Shown: positions 13,985 through 27,383, counted from the stretch's first letter. The stretch: 64,000 nucleotides of DNA from Stegostoma tigrinum (GCF_030684315.1 NC_081397.1:14966421-15030420), one strand, 5' to 3'. Numbers and translations are program-made. The notes: generated by a model from the sequence alone, not told the origin.

Positions 13985-15770
13985 ACAAGGTGTAGAGCTG
14001 GATGAACACAGGAGGTCAGGCAGCAGAGGAGCAGGAGAGCTGACATTTTTGGACTGGACCCTTTTGTCAGAAATGGGGGAAGAGAAAGGGACTCTGCAAT
14101 GAATAGAGAGAAGTGAGGAGATGATGACGAAAGGTGGATAAAGGACCAGATAGGTGGAGAGAAGATGGCCAGTCAAGGAGGCAGGGCTGGAGCCAGTAAC
14201 GGTAAGTGTAGGGAGGGAGGTCAGATGTAGGTCGAGGGAAGGCTGACAGGTCAAGGAGGCAGGGCTAAGGTTAGTAGGCCGAAGTGCCAGTGGGGGTTGA
14301 TCAGTGAGGTGGGAGAAGCAGATTGGTTGGAGAAAAGATGGACAGGTCAAGGAGGCAGGGACATGCTGGATGGGTTTGGGGTGGACAGATTTTGAAGCCC
14401 TGGTTGAGAACATTGTGCTGCAGGGCTCCCAAGTGAAATATGAGCTGCTGCTCGTGCACCCTTCCGGTGGCAACGTTGTGGCACTGGAGGCAGCCTGGGA
14501 TGGATATGTCGTCCAACGAGTGGGAGGGGGTGTTGAAGTGGTTCATGACTGGGGAGGTGCAGTCGTTTGTCACGACGTGTGCGTAGGTGTTCAACAAAGT
14601 GGTTTCCAAGCCTCCGCTTGGTTTCCCCAATGTAGAGGGGGCCACATCGGGAACAGTGGACACAACACAATGTATTACTGGACATACAGATGAACATCTG
14701 TTTAACATGGAAGGTTTTCTTGGGACCTGGGATGGAGATAAGGGGAGAGATATTGGGGCAGGTGTAGCACTTCCTGTGGTTCCAGTGAAATGTGCCAGGG
14801 GCGGTGGGGCTATGGGGAGTGTGGAGTGGACGAGGGAGTCAGAGAGAGCAGTCCCTCTGGAAGGTTGATAGGGTTGGGGAGGGAAAAGTGTCCTTGGGAG
14901 TGGGGTGAGATTGAAGATGGCAGAAGTGGCGGAGGAAGACGCGTTGAATCCTGAGTTTGTTGGAGTGATACGTGATGACAAAGGAGATTCTGTCTTTGTT
15001 GTTATTGTGAAGAGGGTGTCTAAGGGACAAGTTGCAGAAATGAGAGCGATGAGGTCAAGGGCATATTCAGCCACTGTGGAGTGGAAATGGCAGTCATTGA
15101 AAAACAAGGACATCTGCAATGACCGGGATTGGAATGCCTCATCTCGGGAGCAGATGAAACAGAGAGGAAGGAATTGGGAATAGGGGATGGCATTCTTGCA
15201 GGAAGGTAGGGGAGGGGAGGTGTATGCTAGGTAGCTGTGGCAGTCGGTTGGCTTGAATTAGTTACCTGTTTGTTTGCATTTCCTGAAACTGACTTGTCCA
15301 GGAAGGAGAGAGATGTACTTAAGATGGTCCAGGTGAAGTTAAACTTGGGGTGGAAGGTGTTAGTAAAGTGGATGAACTGTGAGTTCCTTGTGGGAGTACG
15401 AGGTGGCACCGATACAGTCATCGAAATAATGGAGGAAGAGGTGGGGGTGGGGCCAGTGTAGCTGCAGAAGAGGGGCTGGTCCATGTATCCTACAAGAGGC
15501 AGGAATAGCTTGGGCCCATGCGGGTACCCGTGGCCACCCAATTTGACTGCAGAAAGTGGGAGCGTGAGAGACAGTGTGCATCAACGGGGCAGTCGAGTTT
15601 GTGGATTTTGGGGATACGGCAGAAACAGTTAACATGGCGTTGGGGAAAGATGAGGTCAGAGGCTGTTGGCAGGAGAGTACCTGAGGTGCTGAGGTTGTGG
15701 ATGGTCTGGGAGATGATATTGTTTTGGCGATTGGAGCAGGGTCATGATCAAAGGGGTGGCAGGAGTCGTC
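13985..15770 (-). mobile_element. Penelope-like element (RT and GIY-YIG remnants)
   Basis: CSRCGPLYIGETKRRLGNHFVEH (GIY-YIG) and RT-like YFDDCIG. Same 3' terminus family as 85-1170. Confidence 0.85.
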
Positions 15771-16092
15771 TCTCTATCCGGTTTGAGATATTATAAAATA
15801 CCTTTCCTAAATGCAAACTTGATTCAGTTCCTGTTTTCAGTACTTTCAACAAGGAGTCAGCTGTTAACATTTCAAACATGATGTGAATGTTAATGGGCTA
15901 CAAGTGATATTAATTGGAACAAGCATGATGTCAATTGACAATGAAAACAAAAAAATAAACTTGCCTTTCCTCAGTTGTGCTTGGTTAGTTGTTTCCTTGG
16001 ACAAGTCTCTGGAAATTGAGCTCAATACAAGTCTGATCCAATCCACTCTGACTATGGAAAAGATATTCTCCATTCTGATCGCAGGAACATGC

Positions 16093-16164
16093 CTGGTGTT
16101 AGTTAGAAGCAACTGCTCACACTTGGCTTTGTAACAAGGAAATATTGTTTCTTCGAGTACTTTC
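16093..16164 (-). other. Repeated exon-like module, copy B (72 nt, 10-nt deletion, GC donor)
   Basis: Minus strand CTCTTCTGTCTTCCTCCAG|GAAAGTAC...AACACCAG|GCATGT. Confidence 0.55.
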
Positions 16165-16659
16165 CTGGAGGAAGACAGAAGAGTTATGTCCTGTAGATCA
16201 ACATCAGCCAAATTTGACAATATCAGATTAACATATATTCAGTCAACAGTTATTAGGGTGTTTCGTTTCTTGAACTTCACCTCCCAAAGCAACAGAACTC
16301 CAAAATAAACCTGTTGGACCACAGCATAGAATTCTCTTGACACAGTCTTTTCTTTAAAGGGCATCAATTCAAACACAAGTCTGATTCCATTCTTACATCG
16401 AGCTGCTCCTTGTCTCAGGAATTTTTTTTCAAATATGTAATTCGATACCAACGGAGTGAGATTCAGAAACTGAGCAATAATTGCAAAGCTCCATCTGAGG
16501 TGCGACCTGAAGATGCTGCACTGTTGACACAGCTCATGTTCCCAGATCCCAACACACTGTTGAAGAGAACGGCAGCCGCTGTTTCAAATGTGTTTTTCCC
16601 CCCCCGAGACGTACAATCTGTTAACTCCAATCTACGTCCTTTATAGGAAACCCCACAAC

Positions 16660-17130
16660 TGGCAACTAACAGCGTGAAACAGCAGCCAAACAATGAATTT
16701 CCATCAGTGTTTAGAAGACTAAAAGCTACAAGACTGATCCCCAGCAGCAGCTTCTTGCCGCTGTGTCTCCCTCAGCAGGCCCACACACAGCCCGAGAAAG
16801 GCCTCTCTCTCCCCGCCCCCAAGCCGCTCACTCCAAGTTCGGGACCAGTTCCTGCTCCTCTCCGCCTCTTACCAACAGCCCCCGGTTCTCCCTGAACTGA
16901 GCCGCCCTCTGTGCCCCAGACTCACATCTCGATGCGCTGCTGGAAGGAGCCCGCTGTTTCCTCGCTTCCCTGGGCGCTGGTCTCTCCATTGCGGCCTGTT
17001 TCAAACAAACCTCTTCCACTCACTGAGTCAACACTCCTCAATGCCAGCGCTGGGGGAGGGTCTCACGCATGCGCTCCTTTCGTCAGCTACCAGCGTCTTG
17101 GTGGTTTGGGAGTAAGGAACACGCATGCGC
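16660..17130 (-). promoter_or_regulatory. CpG-rich promoter and first-exon module, copy 1 (ATG 16989, donor after 16926)
   Basis: NRF1-type ACGCATGCGC at 17065 and 17121, TGACTCA, Kozak GCCGCAATGG, MERPAPREARKQRAPSSSASR, then T|GTGAGT. Near-identical to 21110-21610 and 46712-47135. Confidence 0.65.
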
Positions 17131-17719
17131 TGCTAACACCAATTGTTTCAAACCGAGCTTGCGCACAGCGCGGAAAGGACACGGGATCATTGCCTGATCT
17201 GTCTGCAACAGGCAGGAGGGAAGCGCCGAGTTTGATACAGCCCAGGCAAACTGATCAACCGGCTGTGTAACCGTAGTTAATCAATCTTATCAAACACGCC
17301 GAATTAAACATCTTCAAAGCGATTAATTGCAAAATCCCTTTTTTGGCACATGTTTATTTCTCCCAGATTGTGAGCATTCCGAACACAATTTGTAATTACT
17401 GCCTGAAATGTCTTTCGCAGGTAAATGGGAGGAATACACCGTTAAAACATCGCCAGAGGTCCTATCATCAAAAGTAAACAAATTAACATTCCCGGAAGGG
17501 TTAATGAGATGCATATACTGCATTATGTAAGATTTGTGTCTGGGCAGAATTACAAGTCGTGGTATCAAATAGACAGATGCAGTTCCAGTGACCCTCCCCA
17601 TGTGAAACCATCCCCATTCTCAGTCTCTGCTCTCGGAAATGTGATATTTAAGTTACTCGAATCAATTCAAGTTTATGCTGTGTCTGCACTCGGAACCGGG
17701 ACAGGGATCATTTGAGATA

Positions 17720-17895
17720 GACGGAATTACAGATGCTGGACAATCTGAAATAACAAGGTGTAGAGTCGGATGGACAGAACGAGCCGAGCAGCACCAGAGA
17801 AGCAGGAAGAAGGATCTGGGCCCGAAACGTCAGCTTTCCTGCTCCTCTGATGCTGCTTGGCCTGTTGTGGTCATCCAGCTCTGCACCATGTTATT
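17720..17895. mobile_element. Short palindromic PLE-end-derived element
   Basis: Inverted arms around GGGCCCGAAACGTCAGC. Same family at 22420-22610, 25670-25830 and 43930-44370. Confidence 0.6.
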
Positions 17896-17943
17896 TCAGG
17901 GATCATTCGATCCAGGCTCAGCTCTTTGCGGAGAGATGTGGGC

Positions 17944-17959
17944 GGCTCTGAGAAGAGCC
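17944..17959 (-). promoter_or_regulatory. Histone 3' stem-loop (H1)
   Basis: Minus strand CCAAA-GGCTCTTCTCAGAGCC-GCCCA followed by AAAGAGCTG (HDE). Confidence 0.95.
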
Positions 17960-17995
17960 TTTGGGTTCAGTTTGTTACATGTTACACCGACTGCT

Positions 17996-18619
17996 TCATT
18001 TCTTTGCTGCTTTCTTGGTCACTTTCGCTTTGGGCTTGGCCTTCGGTTTCCTCGATTTCGGGGCCGGCTTTGCGGCCTTGGGGCTCTTGGTCTTTATCAC
18101 CTTCTTCACGGGAGTCTTTTTCTTCGGCCCTGCTTTCTTCGCCGTTTTCTTTGGCGTTGCTGCCTTCTTGCCGCCCGCTTTCTTGGCTGGGGATGTTTTC
18201 GCTGCCACCTTCTTGGCCATTGTTTTCTTCACGGCTGCTTTCTTGGCGGCTGCTGCTGGTCTCGCCTTCTTTCCCACTTTTGCCTTGACTGGATTCTTTG
18301 CGAGTTTGAAGGAGCCGGAGACGCCCTGGCCCTTCACCAGAACCAGGGAGCCTTTCGCCAGGCACCTCTTGGCAGCCATCCTGATCTGTACATTTTGCTT
18401 CTCCACATTGACCCCGCTTCTCTGCAGCGCCTTCTTTATAGCGACCAGAGACGTCCCCTTCCGATCGCTGTTCTCCCCGACAATCTTCACAATCCGCTCG
18501 CCCAACCCGGGACCGGCTGGTTTCTTCCTGGGAGCCGCCGCCTTCTTCTTCTTGGGAGACTTGGGTTTGGTGCTGGCGGAGGCTGGAGGAGCCGTTTCGG
18601 CGGCTGCACTGTCGCTCAT
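17996..18619 (-). CDS. H1: Linker histone H1 (207 aa), replication-dependent
   Basis: Globular domain (SLVAIKKAL...KGQGVSGSFKL), K/A/P-rich tail with S/TPxK sites, 3' stem-loop, and upstream H1-box AAACACA at 18766-18772 (-). Confidence 0.95.
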   Translation of the reverse strand: MSDSAAAETAPPASASTKPKSPKKKKAAAPRKKPAGPGLGERIVKIVGENSDRKGTSLVAIKKALQRSGVNVEKQNVQIRMAAKRCLAKGSLVLVKGQGVSGSFKLAKNPVKAKVGKKARPAAAAKKAAVKKTMAKKVAAKTSPAKKAGGKKAATPKKTAKKAGPKKKTPVKKVIKTKSPKAAKPAPKSRKPKAKPKAKVTKKAAKK

Positions 18620-19589
18620 GTCGGGAACTCTGCGCTGAATCTCTCTCTGTCAGACTGAACTGGGTCAGCAATGAAGCTGCTGGTGGCGGCACTGAGCAAC
18701 TTAAAGGCAGCGAGCGGACGGCGCGGAGACAACCTGCCCTCAGCTCCCTGCTCCTGCTGCCTGTCTGTGTTTCTCTCTCGGCAGAAACTCTGCAATTCCG
18801 CATCTCCAGAGAGCCAGGCTCGATCGTTCCTGATCCTGACACGGGAAGGTTTGCGGCCGAAAGGTTTTCACTCGAATTGACGGCTCCGTAGTCGATTTTA
18901 ACGCCTTTTGCTGCTGCACTGATCGCGCTGTCTGAGCTGAGCGCTGGCATTATCATCATTTTTAGACTGAAATCTTGAAATCAACAAATATATTGCCTTG
19001 AATTCTATCTTTGACGTTGAGTGTTGGAGCAGGGGGATGATTTGAAATGAAAATCTTTTTGATTTGCACAAGAGAGACGTGGAAATATCATGATATGAGC
19101 GGACACACAAGCACATTTACGTGTGACTATCCCGCCCGCCCTTTTCCGACAGTCTCTCTGACTCAATATTCACATCCATACAGTCACAGGGCAGAAATAT
19201 CTCTAAATGTACCTGTGGGAGGATGTACTTTCTCCCCCCTTCAGCCTGTGCTCCGGTACCCAGGGAATTAGTTGTAGTTTTTCTCCTCAGTAATTGTGAA
19301 ACTCTCCGAGGTCTGTGCGCCGGAGATTCGTTCTGCTGCATATTCAGCTGCAAGAGCCAATCATCTGGTTTGAAGTTACATTGATCACCGAGATCAGTTT
19401 TTTTTTCATTCCAGTGACAATACTCAACATCGTTTCTGGGAATCACACTCATAGAAACGTAAAGAATAGCAGCTGGGCAAATAACACCCATCAGCCCTTC
19501 AAACCTCTCCTCCCACTCACCATGAAAATGGCAGATCATCCAACTCAATGGCTTGTCTCTGTTTTTTTTTCCTCCCATACAGAGTCAGA

Positions 19590-19990
19590 GAGTGAGGATA
19601 CAGACCGTTCAGTCCAAACAGTCGATGCCGAGTATAATACCAAATTGAATTAGTTCCATCTCCCTGTCCCTGACCTATTTCTTTTCAAAACTGTCGTGTT
19701 TATGCACTTCTCCAAAAGTCGTTTTGTCATTATAGCCACGTCGACCATTTCGACAGGTAGTTTATTCCACATCCTTCCGTGTTCTATGTTTAAAAAACGC
19801 CCCTCGTGTCTTTTTTTTTCAATCTCTCGCCTGTAACATTAAAGTGTCCGCCCTGGTTTTCTATTCCCTCCATCCCAAACAAAGTTCAACGACCATTAAC
19901 TCTGTCTCACCCCGTCAGTATTTTACAAACTGTGAGAAGATGACTTCTCAACATGCTACTCTCCAGTGAAAACAAGCCCCAGCCTATCCA
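19590..19990 (-). mobile_element. Old CR1 3' fragment
   Basis: Degenerate reverse complement of CR1 3' sequence seen elsewhere in the window. Confidence 0.45.
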
Positions 19991-20259
19991 TTGAAAACAC
20001 GGTGTGGAACTGAATGAATACAGCAGGTCAAGCAGCATGTTAGGGAAATGAAAGCTGACGTTCTGGATCTTGACCCCTATCCATCCTTTCTATTTGACTC
20101 GAGCCTTACATACTCTGCAAATACTAGTGAACCTCTTCTCAAATTTCAAAAACGGTGTTAAATAGCCCTCTAAAATGACAGTTTTGTAGACTGTAAAAAG
20201 ACCACCATCCATACTCACGAATATATCCATTTGAAAGGGCTTGGGCAGTTGATGTGGAG

Positions 20260-20520
20260 GAACACCACCTTGATACTAGGCACGTTCCCCTCCAATCACG
20301 CACAATCCTAACTTGGAAATACGTCCCCTTGCCTTCACTGTCTCTGAATCAAGACCCTGGAACTACCTGCGAACTGTAATGTGGGCAGCACATGGACCAG
20401 AACTATTTTAGAAGGTGGCTCAGCACCAACTTCTCAATGGGGGCAACTAGGGACGCGCAATAAATGCTGGACCAAGCCAGAGACGTCCTCTTCCCAGGAA
20501 TGCGCAAACAAGAAAAAGCA
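20260..20520 (+). mobile_element. LINE 3' end fragment (same family at ~24550-24870 and ~44990-45650)
   Basis: Shared tail CTTCTCAA..GGGCAACTAGGGA..CAATAAATGCTGG and ATCCT(A/G)ACTTGGAA motif. Confidence 0.5.
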
Positions 20521-21109
20521 GGTGGGTCATTCGTTGCGGGAACCCATTCATCACAAGTTTTCTGCCTGCAGCATACTGAGAATAAAATCAGTCATCAATT
20601 CCAAACTGGTATTTGCATCGGGCCCAGGGATATTATTACTCACCTCTGGTCCGGGTGTGGCTTCAGCACGGCTCACCTGTCCCAGAAATAGGGAAACTAC
20701 CTCTGCGCTGCAAGACACCCCACAGCAGTTACATTCTGCCTTCGTAATAATGTCGCATTTATTCCATCGCTCTGTGTTACCTTGACAGAGTCAATATAGG
20801 ACGAAGGCCAGCAGAATTAAATATCACAGTTAACATGAGATCAGACGTGATTTTATTGAATAGTAGAGAATATTAAATGGGCCGAACGGCTGCCAGCTTC
20901 TCCGCTTCCCCACCAGATTGTGAGAAAGCCGGTGGGAAGCAGATATTAACATGACCCGGGAATGAGCTCCATTGGAGCTTCACAAAGGGCCAATGCCCCA
21001 GTTTGAAACATTTTATGCCATTTCCCCCACAGCCTCCATTCGCTTTGCTTAAACTGGGAGGAAAGGGAATTGGGGAAGTAACCAATTGATGTTTGTTTCT
21101 GGGACTCAG

Positions 21110-21610
21110 CGGGGAAAGCAGCGCATGCGTGATCCTTGCCATCCCCACCCCGAAAAAGCTGCTTGTTGCTGACCAGAGGAGCGCATGCGTGAAGCTTTTC
21201 GTTGAGCCGCCATTGACTCAGTGAGTGGAAGAGGTTTGTTTGAAACAGGCCGCAATGGAGAGACCAGCGCCCAGGGAAGCGAGGGAACAGCAGGCTCCTT
21301 CCAGCAGCGCATCGAGATGTGAGTCTGGGGCACAGAGGGGGCTCCGAGACCGGCATTGATCCGGGCTCAGTTCAGGGAGAACCGGGGGCTGTTGGTAAGA
21401 GGCGGAGCGGAGCAGGAACTGGTCTCGGAACTTGGAGTGAGCGGCCTGGGGGCGGGGAGAGAGAGGCCTTTCTCAGGCTGTGTGTGGGCCTGCGGAGGGA
21501 GACACAGCGGCAAGAAGCTGCTGCTGGGGGTCAGGCTTGTAGCTTTTAGTCTTCTAAACACTGATGGAAATTCATTGTTTGGCTGCTGTTTCACGCTGTT
21601 AGTTGCGAGT
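21110..21610 (+). promoter_or_regulatory. CpG-rich promoter and first-exon module, copy 2 (ATG 21255, donor GTGAGT at 21319)
   Basis: GCGCATGCGT at 21121 and 21181, YY1-like GCCGCCATT, TGACTCA at 21214, Kozak ATG, MERPAPREAREQQAPSSSASR plus T|GTGAGT. Confidence 0.65.
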
Positions 21611-22020
21611 TTGCATTGAACCGTGAATAAAACAAAGCAGTGTGTGCAAACGGGCTCATCCCGCGAAGGAGAAACATAGCAGTCACCGGATTAAGAGTTT
21701 CCAGCAAAATATTTGAAATCGTGCCTGTTGTGCTTCCCTTCGATAGTTCGTGTATTGGGAGCTGGATATTGAACCGTGTAAGCATTCCATTCGTGGATCT
21801 GGTTAGTTTTTGTATCTTCGTAAATTGTTTTAGAATTTCGCTAAAAGATAGAGGAGGAACCCGGGTTAGTTGTGTAACCGGACCCTTTTCTGTTCGACTC
21901 GTTGGCTTTAAAACAAGGAATTATCATGAGTATTCACGAAATTTTCTATTTATGAGCTTTGATATTTTGAAACTCGGTAGATGTCGATTTACGGGAGAAT
22001 TCTCTTTTGCCTTTCTCCAG

Positions 22021-22101
22021 GCAATTATCTGATGTGTCAAGACAATGTCACATTTCCGTGGTGCAACACCAAGTGTGACTAGCTGCTCCTACTAACAGCA
22101 G
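22021..22101 (+). other. Repeated exon-like module, copy C (81 nt, in-frame TAG)
   Basis: TTTTGCCTTTCTCCAG|GCAATTAT...AACAGCAG|GTATGT. Confidence 0.6.
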
Positions 22102-22419
22102 GTATGTTCCCACTGTCAGAGCGGAGACTGTGCTTTCCACAGTCGCGGTTTAAGTAACTCGCATTGAACGCAATTTCCAGAAAGAAACAATTAAACCAGC
22201 GATCAAATGCCACCAAATAAATACAAATGTAACCTTTTTTTTCCTCTTCTCAATATAACCTAACCCAGTTCCAGTAAAGGTCATTTTTGACAGCCCATTG
22301 TCATTCACAGCATTTGAAGAGAATAGATTGAATTTATGTCACAAATATACTCTCAATAACTACATTGAATTCACATTAAGTGAGGGTATTTTTATAGTTA
22401 TAATCCAGGTATACAACCT

Positions 22420-22610
22420 GATCACAAAGTTTAGAGCTGGATGAACACAACAGGCCAAGCAGCATCATAGGAGCAGGAAAGCTGATGTTTCTGATGAAAA
22501 GTTTTTCGGCCCAAAATGTCAGCTTTCCTGCCCCTGAGATGCTGCTTGGCCTGCTGTCTTCATCCAGCTCCACACCTTGTTATCTCGGATTCTCCAGCAT
22601 CTGCAGTTCC
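22420..22610. mobile_element. Short palindromic PLE-end-derived element
   Basis: GAGCTGGATGAACACAACAGGCCAAGCAGCATC...GATGCTGCTTGGCCTGCTGTCTTCATCCAGCTC arms around CTGATGA. Confidence 0.7.
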
Positions 22611-23789
22611 ATTTAAGTCTGATACAAACAGATCAAGTTGTTACAATGACCATATATGGAGTAGGTATTGAGTACAAATATGGAAGGAAACTTTTGATGT
22701 TTATCAGTGACTGAGGACAGAAATAGTAGACAAAAACAGAATTTTCTGGAAAAGCTCAGCAGGCCTGGCAGCATGCGTGAAGAGAAATCAGAATTAATGT
22801 TTCGGATCCAGTGACCTTTGCGCAGAACTGAGGAAGTGTTTGAAAAGTTAACCATGATTTCTCTTCTCGTGCTGCCAGACCTGCTTTGCGTTTCCATCAA
22901 ATTCCATGTTTGTTTCTGACTTGCAGCACCTGAAGTTTTTTGAGTTTTTATTTAGGACTAAAATTATCTTTTGATGAATGATGTCCCATACAAAGACACA
23001 GAAATTAAATAATGTGAAATGCAAATGCACTTTCTCTGCCAAAGCCTGACAAGTAGAGAATGCAGCGTGGTCTGTCAGATACAGAATAAAATTCTCCAAA
23101 TAAATAAATGAAAAAAAAACTCGATATCCCAGCACACAAAGTGAAACTAAGTATCTCAGTAAAATTGGAAACAGCCTACACTGACTCACAGGGCCAGCTT
23201 TTTTAAAAGAAAAATAAGCTTGTCTGTCCATTTCTACATGATATCTTTGCACTGACGCACTATTCAACACTTGGATTCATGAAAATGCCTCAGAAATACA
23301 GACCAAGTACATGTCAGAAGCAGGCCATTCAGCCCATTGTGCTTGCTCTAGAACATTTGTACTCTTCAACTGTTTCCACAAATTGTTGGGAATATGATCT
23401 GCTCTCCACCTCCTTACCCCCTCAGACTGACAGAAAGCTCATAAACTGCAAATGGAAATGGGGTTAAGGCTCACTCTCTATGCCCTCATAACTATTCTCT
23501 CAGATTGAAGCACAGTCACAGAATATCACTGGTGGCCAGAGAATAAAACTATTTTGATGCACAAGAGTAGAAATTGATTATTTTGGATTGAGAACTTCAC
23601 TCTCTCAGTCACACAGCAAAAACTGGTATTTGCAACAATGACTAAACTCACAAATGGACATAACAGAAACGGAAAGGCATACATTAATAGTTGCTCTTGT
23701 TCACGTTGCAGTAACTGACAAGAAGAGAATGATAATAACTCACACATTCTCATTGTTCAAAACAGGAGAGGGGTTTGACAGTTAACGGG

Positions 23790-24500
23790 AGGGCCATGGG
23801 AAGTGTTCCCCAACAAAGACACCAAGGTGTTTGTGTGCGTAGTTCATTGAAAGTGGAGTCGCAAGTAGATAAGGTGGTGAAGCAAGTGTTTGCCTTCATT
23901 GGTCAGTGCATTGAGAATAGGAGTTGAGATGTCATGTTGTGGCTGTACAAGAAATGTTTTGGGTCCACTTTTCCTGCTTAAAGTTCTGGCCAACCTGCTG
24001 TCGGAAGGAAGTTGTTGAACTGGAGAGGGCGCAGCAAATATTTACAGAGATGTTAGCTGGACTAGATGGTGTGAACTGTTTGGAGAGGGTGAACAGGCTC
24101 GGGCTTTCTCCCCTGTAGCGTCAGAGACCGAGGGGTGACCTTGTAGAGGTTTATAAAGTCATGAGGGGCATGGATAGGGTGAATATCCATGGTCTCTTTT
24201 TCTCGGGTGGAGGAGCCCAAACCTTAAGGGCATAGGTTTACAGTGAGAGGGTCAATGTTAAAAGAGACCTGAGGGAGATTTCTTTAGTGCAGAGTGTGGG
24301 GCATGTCTGGAACAAGCTGACAGAGGTACGCCTTGTGGTGGGTACAATGATAAGTTTTAAACACCATTGGACGGGTAGATGAACAGGTCGACATGAGAGG
24401 GATATGTGCAAAATGCTGGCAAATGGGACGAGGTCAGATTGGGATGTTAATCTATTACAGACCAGTTGGATGAAAGGGTCTGTTCCCGTTCTGTTTCACT
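23790..24500 (+). mobile_element. Old CR1 LINE 3' fragment
   Basis: FWPTCCRKEVVELERAQQIFTEMLAGL matches the CR1 ORF2 C-terminus. Confidence 0.7.
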
Positions 24501-26629
24501 CATGGACGCTGTGACGCTCGAGCTGCTTCTGTACATAAATACAGATACTGCAAGGACAGGTCAGAGTCTGGGTATCCTGCAGCGAGTGTCTGGTCTCCTG
24601 CTTCCCCAAATCCTGCCCAACATCGAATGTGATCAAGTCAGGAATGTGATGGTTTAGCCCCACTTACCCGGATGAGTCCAGCTCCACAAACACACCAGAA
24701 GCAAGATACCATCCAGGAGAGAAACACTTGATTGGCTCCACATCCGCAAACGTCCATTCCCTCAGACACCAGTGCTCAAGCAGCAATGTGTACCTTCCAG
24801 AAGATGCACAGCTGGAATTCACCAATGCTCCATAGGCAGTGCCTTCCAAGCCCACGACCACTTCCATCTAGATACCACTGTGACACAGGGTGCCATCCAA
24901 TACTTGCGTGTTGCTTCAGTGAGAATGTCCCATTTCTTTCATTTCTCTGTATGTTCTTTCAACATTGAATGAATACTTTTGAGATAAAGGTCAAGGTGAA
25001 TGAATACTACAGTTAACGGCTCACTTGGATCAGATATTGTCATTGAACAGTGGAGCAAATTGAATGGGCAAATTTTCAATCCACTTCTTAGATTCCCTGC
25101 AGGTGTGAAACTCCAGACCGAGGACAAAGACTCGGGGCAGGCAGAATTCAGGCCCGTGGCAGTATTTCATCAACCAGTCACCAGATCATGCGGGGAGAGG
25201 GCCACAGCCACCCCTCTTGAAGATGCAGTTACATCATTAATTTTTAGCTCAGATTGGAAAGAGATTGAAGACACTCTGATTCTCACAGTGGAATACAATA
25301 TTATACATTTTGTTGCAGTGATTCAATGCAACGGGATCACTGTGCCTTTCCCCTTATTCTATACAACGAATCCTTTGAAACTCCTAACTGAAGATGGACC
25401 CTCTATTAGCCAGGCCAAGAGTCGCCACAATCTCATAATGTTTAACAGACAATGTAATCACCAGGCCATGGAATCTTTCCATGCATCTATTAATTCGCTT
25501 TTCAAAGTTACTGGCTGGACACCTTCAGTCATGCCCCAGAATCGCTTACCTATCAGGCTTGCTTGAATTCTGCTGTCAATTGTATTAATTTTGTGTCTCT
25601 ATTAAATTCTGTTACTCCTCTTATTTTCCCACTGTCTAAATTATAATAAAACAGACAGGTCACTCCTCCTAGGAGGCCAGGCAGCATCAGAGTATCAGGA
25701 AAGTTGATGCTTCTGAAGAAGAGTCCTGACCCACAACTTAAACTTTCCTGCACCTCTGATGCTGCCTGGCCTGCTGTGTTCCTCCAGCTCCACATTGTCT
25801 TATCTCCAACTGCAGCATTGGCAGGGCTTACTATTGCTGAGTTGATTCTTACGACTTGCTATGAGATTCATGATATTAATTATATTATAAAGTGAGTTTT
25901 ATTTAAAGCATTTTGCTTACCCCACTCTTAGCTCTGTTGGAGCTAATGAATTGTGAGCCATTTGCTTCTTATAGGATGCACCAGGCCTTCCTTTAGTGAC
26001 ATAGGAAACCTTCTGGAGACGAATTAACTTTCATACCCATATCTGAATCTTCTCCCCTAATGCTTATATATAGATTTAGAATTACATTGAAATCCATCTG
26101 AAGGATCTTTAACTGGAACCAATTTCTTAATAGCGTGAATGTTGCTGCAAGATGGAGTTATCTGTTTTTTTCATGTTGAGCTAGGCCAGCTGTCTTTGGG
26201 ATGATTGACACCCCTCGTCCTAACTAACTATATTCATCTAATGGGACAACATCCTTTCATTAAAGGGACTGAAATCAATTGCTTATCAATTTTAATGAAC
26301 TTGTTTGATTCTGTAGATTTTTTTTATGAGCCATAATCCCATTAGTTCAACTGCTTGTTTATTGCAGAACTTACTGTCCCCTTCAATCTTTGTTGCCAAC
26401 CTTCAAACTGTCTCCAACAAATCTTGCAGCTGTTGTTTGTGCAATGCTCCCTTTTGCCTCGGAATAACCTCTTCTCAAAAGTACCATTGTGTCTTTGTTA
26501 AATGCTGGAGCAGGCTTTTTTCATTCTGTTTAACCACGTGTCAGTCATATGCAGCAGGGCTAGAGGAACAGCTTAGCTGCCAGCCATTCGGTGTCTCTTA
26601 GACTTGGGCAGCCCGAACATTGCTCATTC

Positions 26630-27383
26630 AGTTCTGAGAGAGCTGGAGGCAGGGAGTTATTAACATGACCTGGGAAAGAGCTCTATTATTGCTCCATAAA
26701 GGGCCGATGCCTCAGCTTGAAGCATTCTCTGCCCTTTTCCCCACATCCGCAGTTGCTTTCTTCACAGTGGGAGAGAAGGGAATTAGGGAATGACCCATTG
26801 ATGTTTGTTGTTGGGAATTAGTGGGAAAAGCAGTCCATGCCATTGGTGGCCCTGCCCCAAATGCTGCTTGTTTGGCTACTGTTTCACACTGTTTATTGTC
26901 ATTGTGCAAAAAAATAGTGTAAACACAGACAAGATGGTGGAAATATAAGAATCCTGTAAAGGACGCAGATTGGAGTCAACAGATTATATGTCTCGAGTAA
27001 AAACATTTGAAATACTGTCTGTTGTGCTTCTTTACAACAGTTCGTGTGTTGGGATCTGGTAACACAAACTGTCAATATTACAGCATCCTCAGGTAGCACC
27101 TTTAGATGCAGCTGTGCAATTGTTCAGTTTCTGGACCTCGCTGAGTTAGACCTGTGTTTGAATTGATGGCTTCAAAAAAAAGGCCGAAGTCTCACGATTT
27201 GTGTGATAGTCCAATAGGCTTATTTTAAAATCTCAAGCTTTTGGAGCTCTGCTGCATTGTCAGGTGAAGTTGAAGAAAAGAAACATCCTAATAATTATCA
27301 ACTGAATGTACATTAATCTGTTTGAGATTGTCAAACCTGGCTGATGCTGATTTACAGAATGTTTCTCTTCTGTTTTCATCCAG
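26630..27383 (+). pseudogene. Degenerate promoter and intron paralog of the repeated unit, exon 1 deleted
   Basis: 26650-26870 aligns with 20940-21175, then continues directly as 21577 onward. Confidence 0.6.

Noticed and set aside
17675-18959. Long overlapping ORFs (327, 225 and 325 aa) around H1
   Set aside because: Antisense or alternative frames kept open by the GC-rich Lys/Ala/Pro codon composition of H1. No independent gene signals.
25000-25566. 188-aa ORF in unique-looking sequence
   Set aside because: No recognisable domain, codon bias or promoter context. Compatible with a chance ORF.
27200-27383. Intronic C/D snoRNAs in the repeated units
   Set aside because: No C box (RTGATGA) and D box pair with a terminal stem conserved across copies. 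The conserved CTGAT fits a branch point better.
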